Assembly (NCBI GenBank): GCA_038227875.1 | Contig: JBBRPR010000003.1 | Coordinates: 64,001-128,000 of the forward strand | Length of the DNA: 64,000 bases | Source: Planctomycetota bacterium | GTDB lineage: Bacteria; Planctomycetota; SZUA-567; H5-PLA8 | Reading direction: 5' to 3' | Shown here: in pieces, positions 29,830-39,604 of the stretch | Position numbering within the stretch: the stretch's first letter is position 1 | Layout of the letters: every line of letters begins with the position of its first letter | The notes under the pieces: model-generated | Database searches by the model: none | What the model saw: the letters and a program-made list of their open reading frames with translations, nothing else | Told to the model about the DNA's origin: nothing | Program-made: the position numbers and the translations under genes

Positions 29830-31919
29830 TTATGCAACTCCACACGGATGTCATCGACGTAGAGCGGGCCGGCGTCGCCGTCTCCGCCCATCAGAAACAA
29901 GGCGACTGTGCCGTGCGGAACAAATTTGGCAACCAGATTCCCGAGCGGCCTGCCGCCGCCGGTCATCTTGGGATTGGCCCGGTCGCTGAAGTCGAACACC
30001 CATTCGCTCCAGCCTTTCGTTCGGCCGAGATTGGCGGGATGCGGGTCGTACCAGTTGTTTTCGCCGGTGTTGAACCACGCGAAATTTGCATCGCCGTCCA
30101 GATAGCTCCGCCAGCAGGTTCGCACGGCAAGAATGTCGCCATCGGCGGTCTTCACGCCCCAGCCCGGCCCGGTCAGCGTTTTGTTTCCGAACGTTTTGCC
30201 GTTGTCGTAAATCCAGAACGAGACTTTCACTGGAAGGTCGTCGTCGCCGCCAAAATTCAGAACGGCCGTCTGCCCGCCGGCGAGTTTCAAACTTTTCTTT
30301 CCGCCATGCGCCTGCTCGGCGCTGACAGTCGCCCCTTCAACATGCCAGCGCTTGTCGAGCGCATCTGTTTCGAAATCCACGCTGATCGAATCTCCCGGGC
30401 TGAGCACCGCCGGCCCGGCGTTCTCGCGTTTCGTCCCCAGCTTGACCCAGACCGGTTCGACGCGGCTTTCGCCGTTGAGCGTCCAGCGGATGCGGTATTC
30501 GCCGAGGTCCTTCTTGCCGGTTTTCGGGTTCGTGCCATCCCAGCGCGGCGCGTTGTATTCGGCGTCTTTGGGAACGTCGACGGTCGCCAGCGTCCCCAGC
30601 ACGGTCTTGCCCGTCGCGTCGAGCAGTTCGATCTTCAAATTTCCGGCGGCCAGCGTTTTGGTCGCCAGACGCAGGCGGCTTCCGGCGGCGGTTTCGATGA
30701 GATCCGGAATCGGCAACGCCAGCGCGAGGGCCTGCCCGGCCTGCAGCGGCGGATGCGCGACCTTGATCTGCGCCGGATCCTTGACGTACAGACGATCCCA
30801 TTTCAGATGCTGGCTGGTGACGTTTTTGAAATACGCGCGCGCAATCTGCGTTCGCGCATCGGTCTTCGCGCCCAGACTTTCTTCAAATTTCGCGCGCAAC
30901 GTTGCGTCGAAGCGAATCAGCCCGCTCCACAGCGCTCCGGCTTCCGACGAGCCGTCCGCGGAGCGCCACGGGTGCTTGCCGTCGCCTTTGCTCATCCACA
31001 GATTCGTGCGGATCATGCGTTCGAGATCGGCCTGCTCGAAGACCAATCCCGAATCGTAGACCTCCACGATCGCCGAGACTTCACCTTCCTGATACCCCGG
31101 CCGCGTCGGATGCACGCCAACCCAGTGCTTGGGCGTGCGGCCTTCAATGTCCCACGCGCCGTGCGGCATCCAGTAATTCCAGACGACACGATCTTCTGTC
31201 GGATAGTGCTGAAAGAGCATCTTCCCGCGCCCGAAGATGCGCTCGACGCGTTCGCGGTATTCCGGCTTGCCGGTGATGCGCCACAACCGCAGCAGCACAA
31301 TGGCCGCGTCGAAACTTTTGTTCAGCGGCTGCGTCAGCACCGTGTCCGGACGCTCGATCCACTTGCCGGTCTGCGTGTCGATCGCCTTTCCGTACGTGTG
31401 GTAGCTGCCCCAGCCGTCCTGATCCTGATAGTAGCAGCCGCGCTTGTTCCACTTTTCCCACAGGATGCGCGTGGTCAGATCGACGTAACTCTGCGCCTTT
31501 TTTCCGAAGCGTTCTTTAAGCGCCGGATCGCGCAGGACGACTTCCGCGAACTCCACCAGATGCGCGCAGAGCACCGCGTCTCCAACGAGCGCGTCTTCGT
31601 GAATCGTCGGCGTCGAGTCCTCTGTCGGGCCGATCCAGCCTTCGTAGCCGTCGGGATCTTTGCCGAGTTTCGCGATGCAGTAATCGAAGTAGAGAACCGC
31701 TTCGTCGAGCCACTTCGTGTTTTTGTAGGCCTGGTACGCTTCGAGAAAATCGCCCGCGGAATACGCCGCGTGCCAGCAGAAGGATTCGCCCTTTTCTTTC
31801 TCGAGCGACGGATCGGTCATCACATCGGCGTGGTACGCAACCGGATCGGGTTCATCGGACGCGCGAAGGCCGGCGGGCAGGAAACTCGCCACAAGAAGAA
31901 CGAGCATCAGCGTTCTCAT
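29826..31919 (-). CDS. Secreted protein: helical-barrel-like catalytic domain, FlgD-like Ig module and C-terminal beta-sandwich
   Basis: Signal peptide MRTLMLVLL; Trp/Tyr-rich helical repeats; 'WDGTNPKTGK...GEYRIR' FlgD-Ig signature. Confidence 0.65.
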   Translation of the reverse strand: MRTLMLVLLVASFLPAGLRASDEPDPVAYHADVMTDPSLEKEKGESFCWHAAYSAGDFLEAYQAYKNTKWLDEAVLYFDYCIAKLGKDPDGYEGWIGPTEDSTPTIHEDALVGDAVLCAHLVEFAEVVLRDPALKERFGKKAQSYVDLTTRILWEKWNKRGCYYQDQDGWGSYHTYGKAIDTQTGKWIERPDTVLTQPLNKSFDAAIVLLRLWRITGKPEYRERVERIFGRGKMLFQHYPTEDRVVWNYWMPHGAWDIEGRTPKHWVGVHPTRPGYQEGEVSAIVEVYDSGLVFEQADLERMIRTNLWMSKGDGKHPWRSADGSSEAGALWSGLIRFDATLRAKFEESLGAKTDARTQIARAYFKNVTSQHLKWDRLYVKDPAQIKVAHPPLQAGQALALALPIPDLIETAAGSRLRLATKTLAAGNLKIELLDATGKTVLGTLATVDVPKDAEYNAPRWDGTNPKTGKKDLGEYRIRWTLNGESRVEPVWVKLGTKRENAGPAVLSPGDSISVDFETDALDKRWHVEGATVSAEQAHGGKKSLKLAGGQTAVLNFGGDDDLPVKVSFWIYDNGKTFGNKTLTGPGWGVKTADGDILAVRTCWRSYLDGDANFAWFNTGENNWYDPHPANLGRTKGWSEWVFDFSDRANPKMTGGGRPLGNLVAKFVPHGTVALFLMGGDGDAGPLYVDDIRVELHK

Positions 31920-31957
31920 GCCGCGACTCCCATTTTCGAATCCTGAAATCCGAACCG

Positions 31958-32665
31958 TTACGCGTTCGTTCCGACGAAGCGATAAATCGGCCGGCCCTGC
32001 TTGAGGTATTTGATCTCGTAGTTCGTCCGGCCTTCCGGCGCGTCGGGCCAGGGCTCGGGATGTTCGCGGACCGCCAGCGCCACGCGCACGCGCGGGAGGA
32101 GTTCTTCGTAATATTCGGCGTGATCGGTGGCGAAGTACAGAATGCCGCCGGGAATCAGCGTGCGCTTGAGCTGCGCGCAGAAACTTTCCGAGATCAGCCG
32201 GCGCTTGTGGTGCCGCTTCTTCGGCCACGGGTCTGGGAAGTAGATGTGGTATTCGTGGACCGATGCGTCGGGAAAAAAGCGCGCGATCAGATACGTCGCG
32301 TCGCAGCGCGTGATGCGGAAGTTGGGCATCAGCCGCTTCTCCGCGCGCTCGAGGAGCAGGCGGTAGTATTCGCCCGCGCGTTCGCAGCCTAGAAAATTCC
32401 ACGCCGGCCGCGCTTCGGCCATGCCGATCACGGTGCGCCCGCCGCCGCAGCCAATCTCCACCGCCAGCGGCGCCGAACGGCCGTAGACCTTCGCAAAATC
32501 CTTCGTCTCGCCGAGCACTCCCAGCGGCAGTTCACTTTTGTGAAGCGGAATCAGCGGCGGCGTGTGCGTGGGCTGCACCGGATGGTCCAGCTCAGCGTCA
32601 TGAGGCTCGGTATCAGCAGCGATTTTGGTCGGGGCGTCAGCAGTGTCTTGCGGTTCAACGGGCAC
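31958..32665 (-). CDS. trmB: tRNA (guanine-N7)-methyltransferase
   Basis: VEIGCGGG, YFPDPWPKKRHHKRRL, FATD, TNYEIKY. Confidence 0.93.
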   Translation of the reverse strand: MPVEPQDTADAPTKIAADTEPHDAELDHPVQPTHTPPLIPLHKSELPLGVLGETKDFAKVYGRSAPLAVEIGCGGGRTVIGMAEARPAWNFLGCERAGEYYRLLLERAEKRLMPNFRITRCDATYLIARFFPDASVHEYHIYFPDPWPKKRHHKRRLISESFCAQLKRTLIPGGILYFATDHAEYYEELLPRVRVALAVREHPEPWPDAPEGRTNYEIKYLKQGRPIYRFVGTNA

Positions 32666-32723
32666 AGTCGGAATCCTGGTTTAAGTTGCTTTGAAACGTG
32701 AGGTCTGACTCACGAGAGAAAAT

Positions 32724-33350
32724 TTACGCGCCCACCGCTTCCATCCACGCCTGAGCGATGACCGCGTGTCCGGCAACGGTCGGATGGCAGCCGTCGCTGG
32801 TCCAGCGCACGGTCGGATTGGCCTTGATCGCGCTGAGCAGCTTGGTGCGCGCCGGAACGTAGGGCGCATGAATTTCGCGCGCGAGCAACTGAACTTTGGC
32901 GTCGTACTCCGCGATCATGCGGTTCATCTCGGTGTCCTGGTCGTCCTCGATCACCGTCGGCGAGACCAGCACCAGCCGTTGCACGCCGTAGCCCTTCGCC
33001 CGCTCAATCAGCGTGCGGTAGTTGGCGATGAACGCGTCGATCGGAATGTACCGCGACGGCGTTTTGGTTTTGCCGTACACATCGTTGATGCCGATCAATA
33101 TGGAGAGCCACGTCGGCTGGAGCGGCTTGACGTCGTCGTCCCAGCGCTTGAGCAGCTCTTCCGTGCGGTCGCCGCTGCTGCCGCGGTTGAGCACCGTGAC
33201 TTTCAATTCCGGATGCCGCGCCGAAAGCAGCCCACGCACCACGGAAACATAGCCGGTGCCGAGCGGATTGGCGTTCGACGTATCGCGACAGCCGCAGTCG
33301 GTGATGCTGTCCCCTTGAAAGAGGATGCGATCGCCGTTCTTAAAGATCAT
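32724..33350 (-). CDS. SGNH/GDSL hydrolase
   Basis: FQGDSIT, NRGSSG, IGINDV, DGCHP. Confidence 0.92.
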   Translation of the reverse strand: MIFKNGDRILFQGDSITDCGCRDTSNANPLGTGYVSVVRGLLSARHPELKVTVLNRGSSGDRTEELLKRWDDDVKPLQPTWLSILIGINDVYGKTKTPSRYIPIDAFIANYRTLIERAKGYGVQRLVLVSPTVIEDDQDTEMNRMIAEYDAKVQLLAREIHAPYVPARTKLLSAIKANPTVRWTSDGCHPTVAGHAVIAQAWMEAVGA

Positions 33351-33368
33351 GCTGGACAAGAGAGTCTC

Positions 33369-33473
33369 GGCTCCTGGCTCTTAGCTCTTGGTGCTGTAGA
33401 CACGAACAAGGTTCAACAGACGCGCCATCGACGCTCCGCTCCCAAGAGCTAAGAGCCAACAGCCAAGAGCCGC
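33369..33473. repeat. Inverted heptamer-array element, copy 2
   Basis: ggctcct ggctctt agctctt ... aagagct aagagcc aacagcc aagagcc. Confidence 0.85.
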
Positions 33474-33474
33474 C

Positions 33475-34668
33475 CTATTTCTTCTTTCGCTTTGCTTCCG
33501 CCGACAGCGGCATGTTCCAGACCTTCATGAAGCCTTCGGCCGCTTCGTTGTTGAGCGCGTCGCGCTCGGAGTTACCGGCCGTGTAGAGACTGAATTCGCT
33601 CGAACGCGCGACGATCGTCGCCAGGCCTTTGTACAAGCGCATCGTCACTTTGCCGGTGACGTTCTTGTTGATGCGTTCGTAGAAGCTGTCGAGCGCTTCG
33701 CGCAGGTCGCTGAACCACTGGCCGTTGTAGACGGCGCGTCCATAAGCGGTGGCCAGACCTTCGCGCACCTGCAGCGTTTCGCGCGAGAGGCACATCTGTT
33801 CCAGCGCGCGCTTGGCGCTGTAGAGCACCGTGGCGGCGGGCGCTTCGTAGACTTCGCGCGATTTGAATCCGATCAGGCGGTCTTCGATCACATCCTTGCG
33901 CCCGATGCCGTGTCCGCCGGCCATGGTGTTGAGCTTGTCGATCAGCGGCACGGGATTCATGCGCTTGCCGTTGATGCCGATGGGCAGGCCTTCGCGGAAT
34001 TCGATCTCGATCATTTCCGGTTCGTTGGGCGCGGCCATCGCGCTGACGGTCATCGTGTACGCTTCTTCCGGCGGCGGCTTGGACGGATCCTCCAGCGCTC
34101 CGCACTCGATCGACTGCCCCCACAGATTGCGGTCGTAGCCGTAACGCATGCCGGTCTGAGACTGCTTGGGCAGCGGCAGGCGCTTGGCCTTGGCGTACTC
34201 CAGACGCTGTTCGCGGTCGCGGTATTCCCACTCCCGCAGCGGCGCGACGATCTTGATGTACGGCGCGAGCACGCCGATGCTCGCTTCAAAGCGGATCTGG
34301 TCGTTGCCCTTGCTCGAACACCCGTGAGCCACGTGGGTGGCGCCTTCTTCCGAGGCGACGCGGACGAGCTCGCGCGCGATCAACGGCCGCGACAACGCGG
34401 ATGCGAGCAGGTAGTGAATTTCGTAATGCGCCAGCGCGCGCAGCGACGGCGTGATGTAATCCTTGAAGAACACCTCGCGCAAGTCTTCCACGCGTGCCGA
34501 AACCGCGCCGGCCCGCAGCGCCATTTCGCCGAGGTCGTCCAGATCGTCGTAGCCCTGTCCCAGATCGATGGCCAGCGCGACGACGTCGAGATTGCGCCGC
34601 TCCTTCAGCCACGAAATGGCGACGAGCGTGTCGAGACCCCCCGAAAATGCGAGCACACACTTGGCCAT
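33475..34668 (-). CDS. argG: Argininosuccinate synthase
   Basis: VLAFSGGLDT, HGCSSKGNDQIRFE, DRNLWG, KSREVYEAP; AAGGAG RBS. Confidence 0.95.
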   Translation of the reverse strand: MAKCVLAFSGGLDTLVAISWLKERRNLDVVALAIDLGQGYDDLDDLGEMALRAGAVSARVEDLREVFFKDYITPSLRALAHYEIHYLLASALSRPLIARELVRVASEEGATHVAHGCSSKGNDQIRFEASIGVLAPYIKIVAPLREWEYRDREQRLEYAKAKRLPLPKQSQTGMRYGYDRNLWGQSIECGALEDPSKPPPEEAYTMTVSAMAAPNEPEMIEIEFREGLPIGINGKRMNPVPLIDKLNTMAGGHGIGRKDVIEDRLIGFKSREVYEAPAATVLYSAKRALEQMCLSRETLQVREGLATAYGRAVYNGQWFSDLREALDSFYERINKNVTGKVTMRLYKGLATIVARSSEFSLYTAGNSERDALNNEAAEGFMKVWNMPLSAEAKRKKK

Positions 34669-34736
34669 AAGCAACGCTCCTTCAAGCCCCGCGATTATCG
34701 CGCACGTGTGAGGGGATGGCAACGGTAAATAGAGTG

Positions 34737-34898
34737 GCGGCTCTTGGGTGTTAGCTCTCGGCTCTTGGGATTCCTGTCAGGCGAAGGTAGCTCCAGTGGA
34801 TGGCGCGGGGTGGACACCCCGCCCTGACACCCCGCGACGGCAGGATGCACTCCGCCCCTCGCACCCCCAAGAGCCAAAAGCTAAGAGCCAGGAGCCGC
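34737..34898. repeat. Inverted heptamer-array element, copy 3, with internal hairpin
   Basis: Four left heptamers at 34739-34766 and four right heptamers at 34869-34896; internal gcggggtggacaccccgc hairpin. Confidence 0.85.
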
Positions 34899-34967
34899 TT
34901 TCCCCCTTAATTCCATACGAAGCCGCCCGATGAGTTCGACAGTTGGTGTTCTCGGGGGAGAGTCAAC

Positions 34968-36521
34968 GTGCAGATTCAGACGGGGCCTGCCACTGCGGTC
35001 GGCCAGATTGATGTGTCACCGGATCAGACCGGTCAGGCCCTGGCTAACGCCAAGCCCGATCAGCTCATCCAAGCGCGCGTGCAGGCGGCCAGTGATGGCA
35101 GCGGCGCGATCATCAATCTGCTCGGCAACACCTTCCGTGTGCCGCCTTCGCTGGATCTGCCGATGGGATCCCAAGTGCTGCTGCGCGTGATGGAAAATTC
35201 CGGCGGCCGCCTGCAACTCGACATTTTTTCGCATCTGCCGCAGAAAGGCGCCACCTCGTCGCAGCGTGCGGGAGATTCTGCCGGCGCGCAGGAGCTCGGC
35301 ACGTTCGAAGCCACCGTGGAACTGGAGATCCCGTCGTCGGAAGTCGTCTCGCGGAAGGCCTCCACCAGCAACGCCGAATGGCAGGCGCTTTCGGACGAAG
35401 ATTACTCCGGCCAGCACCTGCCGACTAAACATGCCGACGAGACGGAGACGCCGGACGCGGCGGGAAAAGCCGGAGACTCCAAGCAGCCCGCCACTACGCG
35501 TCAATCCTCGTCGAGCAACGTCCGCATTCCTCCAGCGATCGCCGATCGGCTCGATGCGTACCAAACGTACGCGAGCGAAGCGGCTGACGCGACGGCGGCC
35601 AGCGACGTGCCGGCGCTGATGCAGCGCAAAGTCGACTTCGAGATGAATCTGCCCGCCGAATCCGCGCCCGCCGCCGCGGCTCTGGCGCGCGCGGGCTTGC
35701 CTGTCACCACGGCCAACGTCGTCAGCATCCGCCAGGCTCTGGCGCTGGGCCTCGCGCGCAGTCCGGAAACATTGGCGTGGCTGCGCGCGGCGCATGTCGA
35801 AGCCACTCCCGAACGCACCGCGGCGCTCGACAGCGTGCTGATGGCCAACGCCACCAAGCTCGGCGCGCTGCTGGCCCAATCCACGCCGGGGACCGCCGAG
35901 AACCTGCAGCCGATGCTGCTTCATCCCGAACGCCCGCCGGCGGAAGTCGCATCCGTCCTGCGCGACGTTCTGACGCACCTGACGCACGCGGAAGCCGGCG
36001 CGACGAAAACTGCCGCGCAGTCGGCGCAACTGGTGAGGGACGCATTTCCGGCGCTCCATCCCGATGCCGACCCGCGCGCCGCGGACGTCGCCACGAATTT
36101 GCGCGGGCAACTGCTGCTGCCGGCCGTTCAAGCCCGCACCGATGCGCCGCCGCAGGGGCTTTATCTGCAGATGCCCGTGCAGATGGGCGCGCAGCTGCGC
36201 ACGCTCGAATTGAAAATCACCCAGCGCCATTCCAGCCAGAGCCACCATGACGTGCCGGACATCACCGATATTTCCGTGCGACTGGACACCGAAGCCTTCG
36301 GCCCCGTCGACGCGCGCTTGACCGCGTTGGGGCGCAACGTCGCGCTGGCGTTTACGTTTCAGAACGCCGGGGCGCTGCGCACCTTTCAGAACGCTCAGGA
36401 AGAACTGCGCGCCGGCCTGGCCGAACAGAATGTGGCCTGCGGCGCGATCGTCTGCCGCGTCGCCCCAACGCTCCCGCCGCTGACGCACGACGGACGCTTG
36501 AACGTGGATGCGCGGGGATAA
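34968..36521 (+). CDS. fliK: FliK-like (flagellar hook-length control C-terminal domain) protein
   Basis: C-terminal YLQMPV ... ISVRLDTEAFGPVDARL ... LRAGL pattern; adjacent to an FlhB-C-like gene. Confidence 0.65.
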   Translation: MQIQTGPATAVGQIDVSPDQTGQALANAKPDQLIQARVQAASDGSGAIINLLGNTFRVPPSLDLPMGSQVLLRVMENSGGRLQLDIFSHLPQKGATSSQRAGDSAGAQELGTFEATVELEIPSSEVVSRKASTSNAEWQALSDEDYSGQHLPTKHADETETPDAAGKAGDSKQPATTRQSSSSNVRIPPAIADRLDAYQTYASEAADATAASDVPALMQRKVDFEMNLPAESAPAAAALARAGLPVTTANVVSIRQALALGLARSPETLAWLRAAHVEATPERTAALDSVLMANATKLGALLAQSTPGTAENLQPMLLHPERPPAEVASVLRDVLTHLTHAEAGATKTAAQSAQLVRDAFPALHPDADPRAADVATNLRGQLLLPAVQARTDAPPQGLYLQMPVQMGAQLRTLELKITQRHSSQSHHDVPDITDISVRLDTEAFGPVDARLTALGRNVALAFTFQNAGALRTFQNAQEELRAGLAEQNVACGAIVCRVAPTLPPLTHDGRLNVDARG

Positions 36522-36526
36522 CGATC

Positions 36527-36841
36527 ATGAACGACGCGACACGTTACAAGAAAGCCGCCGCACTCGAATTCGACGGCAGCGGCGCGCCCCGCGTGACGGC
36601 CAAGGGCAGCGGATTAATCGCCGAACAGATCATCCAGCGCGCCGAAGCCGCGGGCGTTCCCGTCCGCGAAGACCCCGCGCTGACCAAGCTGCTGACCACG
36701 CTGGACCTCGGCACGGAGATTCCGCCGGAGCTCTACTGCGCCGTCGCGGAGATCATTGCGTGGGTCTATAAGCTCGATCGGAAGAGCGCCGAATCCCGCC
36801 GCGATGAAGCTCACGCAGCCCGCGATCGGCGCCAGCGGTAG
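36527..36841 (+). CDS. FlhB C-terminal-like protein (EscU/YscU/HrcU family, FlhX-type)
   Basis: AAALEF..APRVTAKGSG..AEQII..A..GVPVREDP..EIPPELYCAVAEIIAWVY. Confidence 0.88.
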   Translation: MNDATRYKKAAALEFDGSGAPRVTAKGSGLIAEQIIQRAEAAGVPVREDPALTKLLTTLDLGTEIPPELYCAVAEIIAWVYKLDRKSAESRRDEAHAARDRRQR

Positions 36842-36857
36842 TACGGAGCTCGGACAC

Positions 36858-37286
36858 TCAGATGTTCAGCAGCCAGAGAATGACGCCCGGCACTGCGGTC
36901 AGAAGTCCACACACTTTCATCACGTTGCTCAGCACTCGATTCGTGCCGACGCTGTCCACGGCCGGCAAGCTCAGCAAAATGGGATCGGTCGGACTGGTGA
37001 TGCGCGATTTGTTGGCTACTGCAAGCGCCCAAGCGGCGGTGCTTGCGCGCACGATCCGGTTGTAGTTCCAGCGCAGCAGCGCGAAGATCAGGCTGCAGCC
37101 AATCAAAAATGTTCCGTAGGGCGGACCAAATCCGGGCAGACTCATCAGCACGGTACCAATCACCGAACCGGCTGCCGCAGCAACACACGCCAGGATTGTC
37201 GAAGCGATCACCGTGCTGATGGTCGTCTCGTCCGGAACAACATCCGGAAGCGGTGGCGGCATGATGTAGGATGGCAATTCGTCCAT
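36858..37286 (-). CDS. Small hypothetical membrane protein
   Basis: Three hydrophobic segments, somewhat lower GC. Confidence 0.5.
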   Translation of the reverse strand: MDELPSYIMPPPLPDVVPDETTISTVIASTILACVAAAAGSVIGTVLMSLPGFGPPYGTFLIGCSLIFALLRWNYNRIVRASTAAWALAVANKSRITSPTDPILLSLPAVDSVGTNRVLSNVMKVCGLLTAVPGVILWLLNI

Positions 37287-37295
37287 GGAATCAGT

Positions 37296-37770
37296 TTACT
37301 TCGGTTTCAAAGCGCTGCCGCGAAAACTCCTCACGAGACCTCCTGGACGATGGTCCAGACACAGCGCGGGTGCGACGAGTTTCGCCGGTTGTTCCGGTTT
37401 GGCCGGCCGGAACTTCGCGGAGAGTTCGCGGCGGTTGAGCGTCAGTAGGCGCTGTTGCTCGTCGGGCGGGAATTCCGCGATCTTCGCGGCAGTGGATACC
37501 GCGAGTGCACCTTGATCCATTTGCCGATCAGTTCCGGAATGCCATTTTGGAGCAGCCGGCGTGCTCGATCGACGCTTGTGCCGGAGACATTGAAAATCTT
37601 GCCGACAACCTGCCTCGTCTTGCCCGGGCACCAATTGGTGCCCCGCCGAGTTGAAGGGGGTGCATTCCGTCGCTGCTCCACTTCATCCTCAAAATGAGGA
37701 AACATCCGCGCCGCCACCATCGCGCGCTGATTCTCCTTCAAGTGCCGCCGCCGCAGGTTCGCGATCGTTA
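37296..37770 (-). pseudogene. Truncated, frameshifted phage/ICE-type ParB-associated HTH protein
   Basis: NLRRRHLKENQRAMVAARM ... FNVSGTSVDRARR ... GIPEL, then a frame change near 37525 into GALAVSTAAKIA; in-frame stop just upstream. Confidence 0.7.
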
Positions 37771-37857
37771 GTTATTGAAATTAAATGTGTTATGAACGGC
37801 AAAAAGTTGGGATTATATTATTGGAAATGGATCTTGGAGCGCAGGGGCGCCTTGAAA

Positions 37858-38045
37858 AGGAGGTTGCCCGGCCTCTAAGGCCGGGTCGCTTGGCGACAAG
37901 AGGCTCCAAGACAGTCGCTGCCGTACGAGAATGGCAGCGTTTGTCCGGCACGCTTCGAAGTCGTATGAATTTTTCGGCAGGGGTGCGTCTGTCCTGGAGC
38001 TTCTTGTTGCTAACGCAACCCGGCCCGAGGGGCCGGGCCACCCCT
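37858..38045. mobile_element. REPIN/MITE-like element with ~56-bp imperfect terminal inverted repeats
   Basis: 37858-37913 is the imperfect reverse complement of 37990-38045; each arm ends in a cccggc..gccggg hairpin. Confidence 0.75.
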
Positions 38046-38237
38046 CGCGGGATTTGGCGATGACTTGAGAAGCGAACCGCGATTCCCGCTCCTCGGGTTC
38101 ATCGTTCATCAATCATCGTTCTGAATTTCGCTTTCTGAAATCCCCTCAAGTCGGCCTCATTTTCCGACGATCCCTCTGAGTACGCCTCAGCACCGTTGGC
38201 ATCAGGCCGCAACTCAGGGAGAATCATCATCGTGGGA

Positions 38238-39530
38238 TTGGAAAAATTCGTCATTGAAGGCGGGCACAAGCTGAAGGGTGAAGTCACCGTCAGCGGTTCG
38301 AAAAATTCGGCCCTGCCGATCATGGCCGCCACGATTCTTGCCAATGGCCCCTGCAGCCTGGGCAACGTTCCGCGCCTGCGCGACGTCGACGTCCTTGGAC
38401 GCATCATGCAGATGCTCGGCGTCTCCGTCGAACGCGATGGCGCCGGCCGCCTGGCAACGCGCGTCGTCAATGAAGACGCCAGCGTCGCGCCGTATGAACT
38501 GGTCAGCATGATGCGCGCCAGCTTCTGCGTGCTCGGACCGCTGCTGGCCAAGCGCGGCTACGCCAAAGTTTCACTCCCCGGCGGCTGCGCCTTTGGCGAC
38601 CGGCCCGTCGACCTCCATCTTAAGGGACTGCGCGCGCTCGGCGCCGACATCCAGATCGAACACGGTTACGTCATCGCCAAAGCCACGAAACTGCGCGGCG
38701 CGAACATCTACCTCGGCGGCCCGTCCGGCTCGTCGGTGCTCGGCACCGGCAATGTGATGATGGCCGCGGTGCTGGCCGAAGGCCAGACGATCATCGAACA
38801 CGCGGCCTGCGAACCGGAAGTCGTCGACCTGGCGAATTTCCTGATCGCGATGGGCGCGAGCATCGAAGGCGCCGGCAGCCACCGCATCCGCATCCGCGGC
38901 GTGCGCACGCTGGAAGGCTGCAACTACGAAATCATTCCCGACCGCATCGAAGCCGCCACGCTGCTGATGGCCGGCGCGATGACCCACGGCGAAGTGGTCG
39001 TCCGCAACATCGACCCGACTCACCTGGAAGCGATCTGGGACAAATTCCGCGAAGCCAACATCGGCTTCAATCGCAACTGCAAGACCGTCTCCGTCCACAT
39101 GGAAGGCCGCCCGAAGGAAGTGGAGATCTCCACCCTCCCCTACCCCGGCTTCCCGACTGACCTGCAGGCGCAGATGATGACGTTGATGTGCCTGGGCAGT
39201 GGCGCGAGCGTCTTTACCGACGGCATTTACCCCGACCGCCTCAACCACGTCGCGGAACTCAAACGCATGGGCGCTCACGTCGTCCGCGTCAACAACACCG
39301 TGGTCGTGATCGGCGGCAACAAGCTGCAGGGCGCGCCCGTGATGGCCAGCGACCTGCGCGCCGGAGCGGCGTTGGTGATGGGCGGCCTGGCCGCTGAAGG
39401 CGAAACGACGATCCGCCGCATCTACCACATCGACCGCGGCTACGAGAATTTCGAAGGCAAGCTGCGCAGCCTCGGCGCGGTGATCAAACGCCTGCCGGAC
39501 GAGACGCCTGAGAAGCCACCGCAACTATAG
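38238..39530 (+). CDS. murA: UDP-N-acetylglucosamine 1-carboxyvinyltransferase
   Basis: SGSKNSALPI, MRAS, LPGGCAFGDRPVDLH, PYPGFPTDLQ, DLRAGAALV, IDRGYE; start uncertain (38232 or 38238). Confidence 0.97.
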   Translation: MEKFVIEGGHKLKGEVTVSGSKNSALPIMAATILANGPCSLGNVPRLRDVDVLGRIMQMLGVSVERDGAGRLATRVVNEDASVAPYELVSMMRASFCVLGPLLAKRGYAKVSLPGGCAFGDRPVDLHLKGLRALGADIQIEHGYVIAKATKLRGANIYLGGPSGSSVLGTGNVMMAAVLAEGQTIIEHAACEPEVVDLANFLIAMGASIEGAGSHRIRIRGVRTLEGCNYEIIPDRIEAATLLMAGAMTHGEVVVRNIDPTHLEAIWDKFREANIGFNRNCKTVSVHMEGRPKEVEISTLPYPGFPTDLQAQMMTLMCLGSGASVFTDGIYPDRLNHVAELKRMGAHVVRVNNTVVVIGGNKLQGAPVMASDLRAGAALVMGGLAAEGETTIRRIYHIDRGYENFEGKLRSLGAVIKRLPDETPEKPPQL

Positions 39531-39566
39531 TCTCGCGCAAAGACGCAAAGAACGGCGAACAGACTT

Positions 39567-39596
39567 GGGGGTTCTGAGCAATTGCTCAGAACCCCC
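39567..39596. terminator. Perfect 30-bp palindrome between convergent genes
   Basis: GGGGGTTCTGAGCAATTGCTCAGAACCCCC. Confidence 0.7.
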
Positions 39597-39604
39597 CGCT
39601 AGTT

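Noticed and set aside
919..36488. Long antisense ORFs (e.g. 919-2373, 17140-19194, 26724-28058, 29613-31946, 35016-36488)
   Set aside because: Shadows of real opposite-strand genes in high-GC DNA; no motifs
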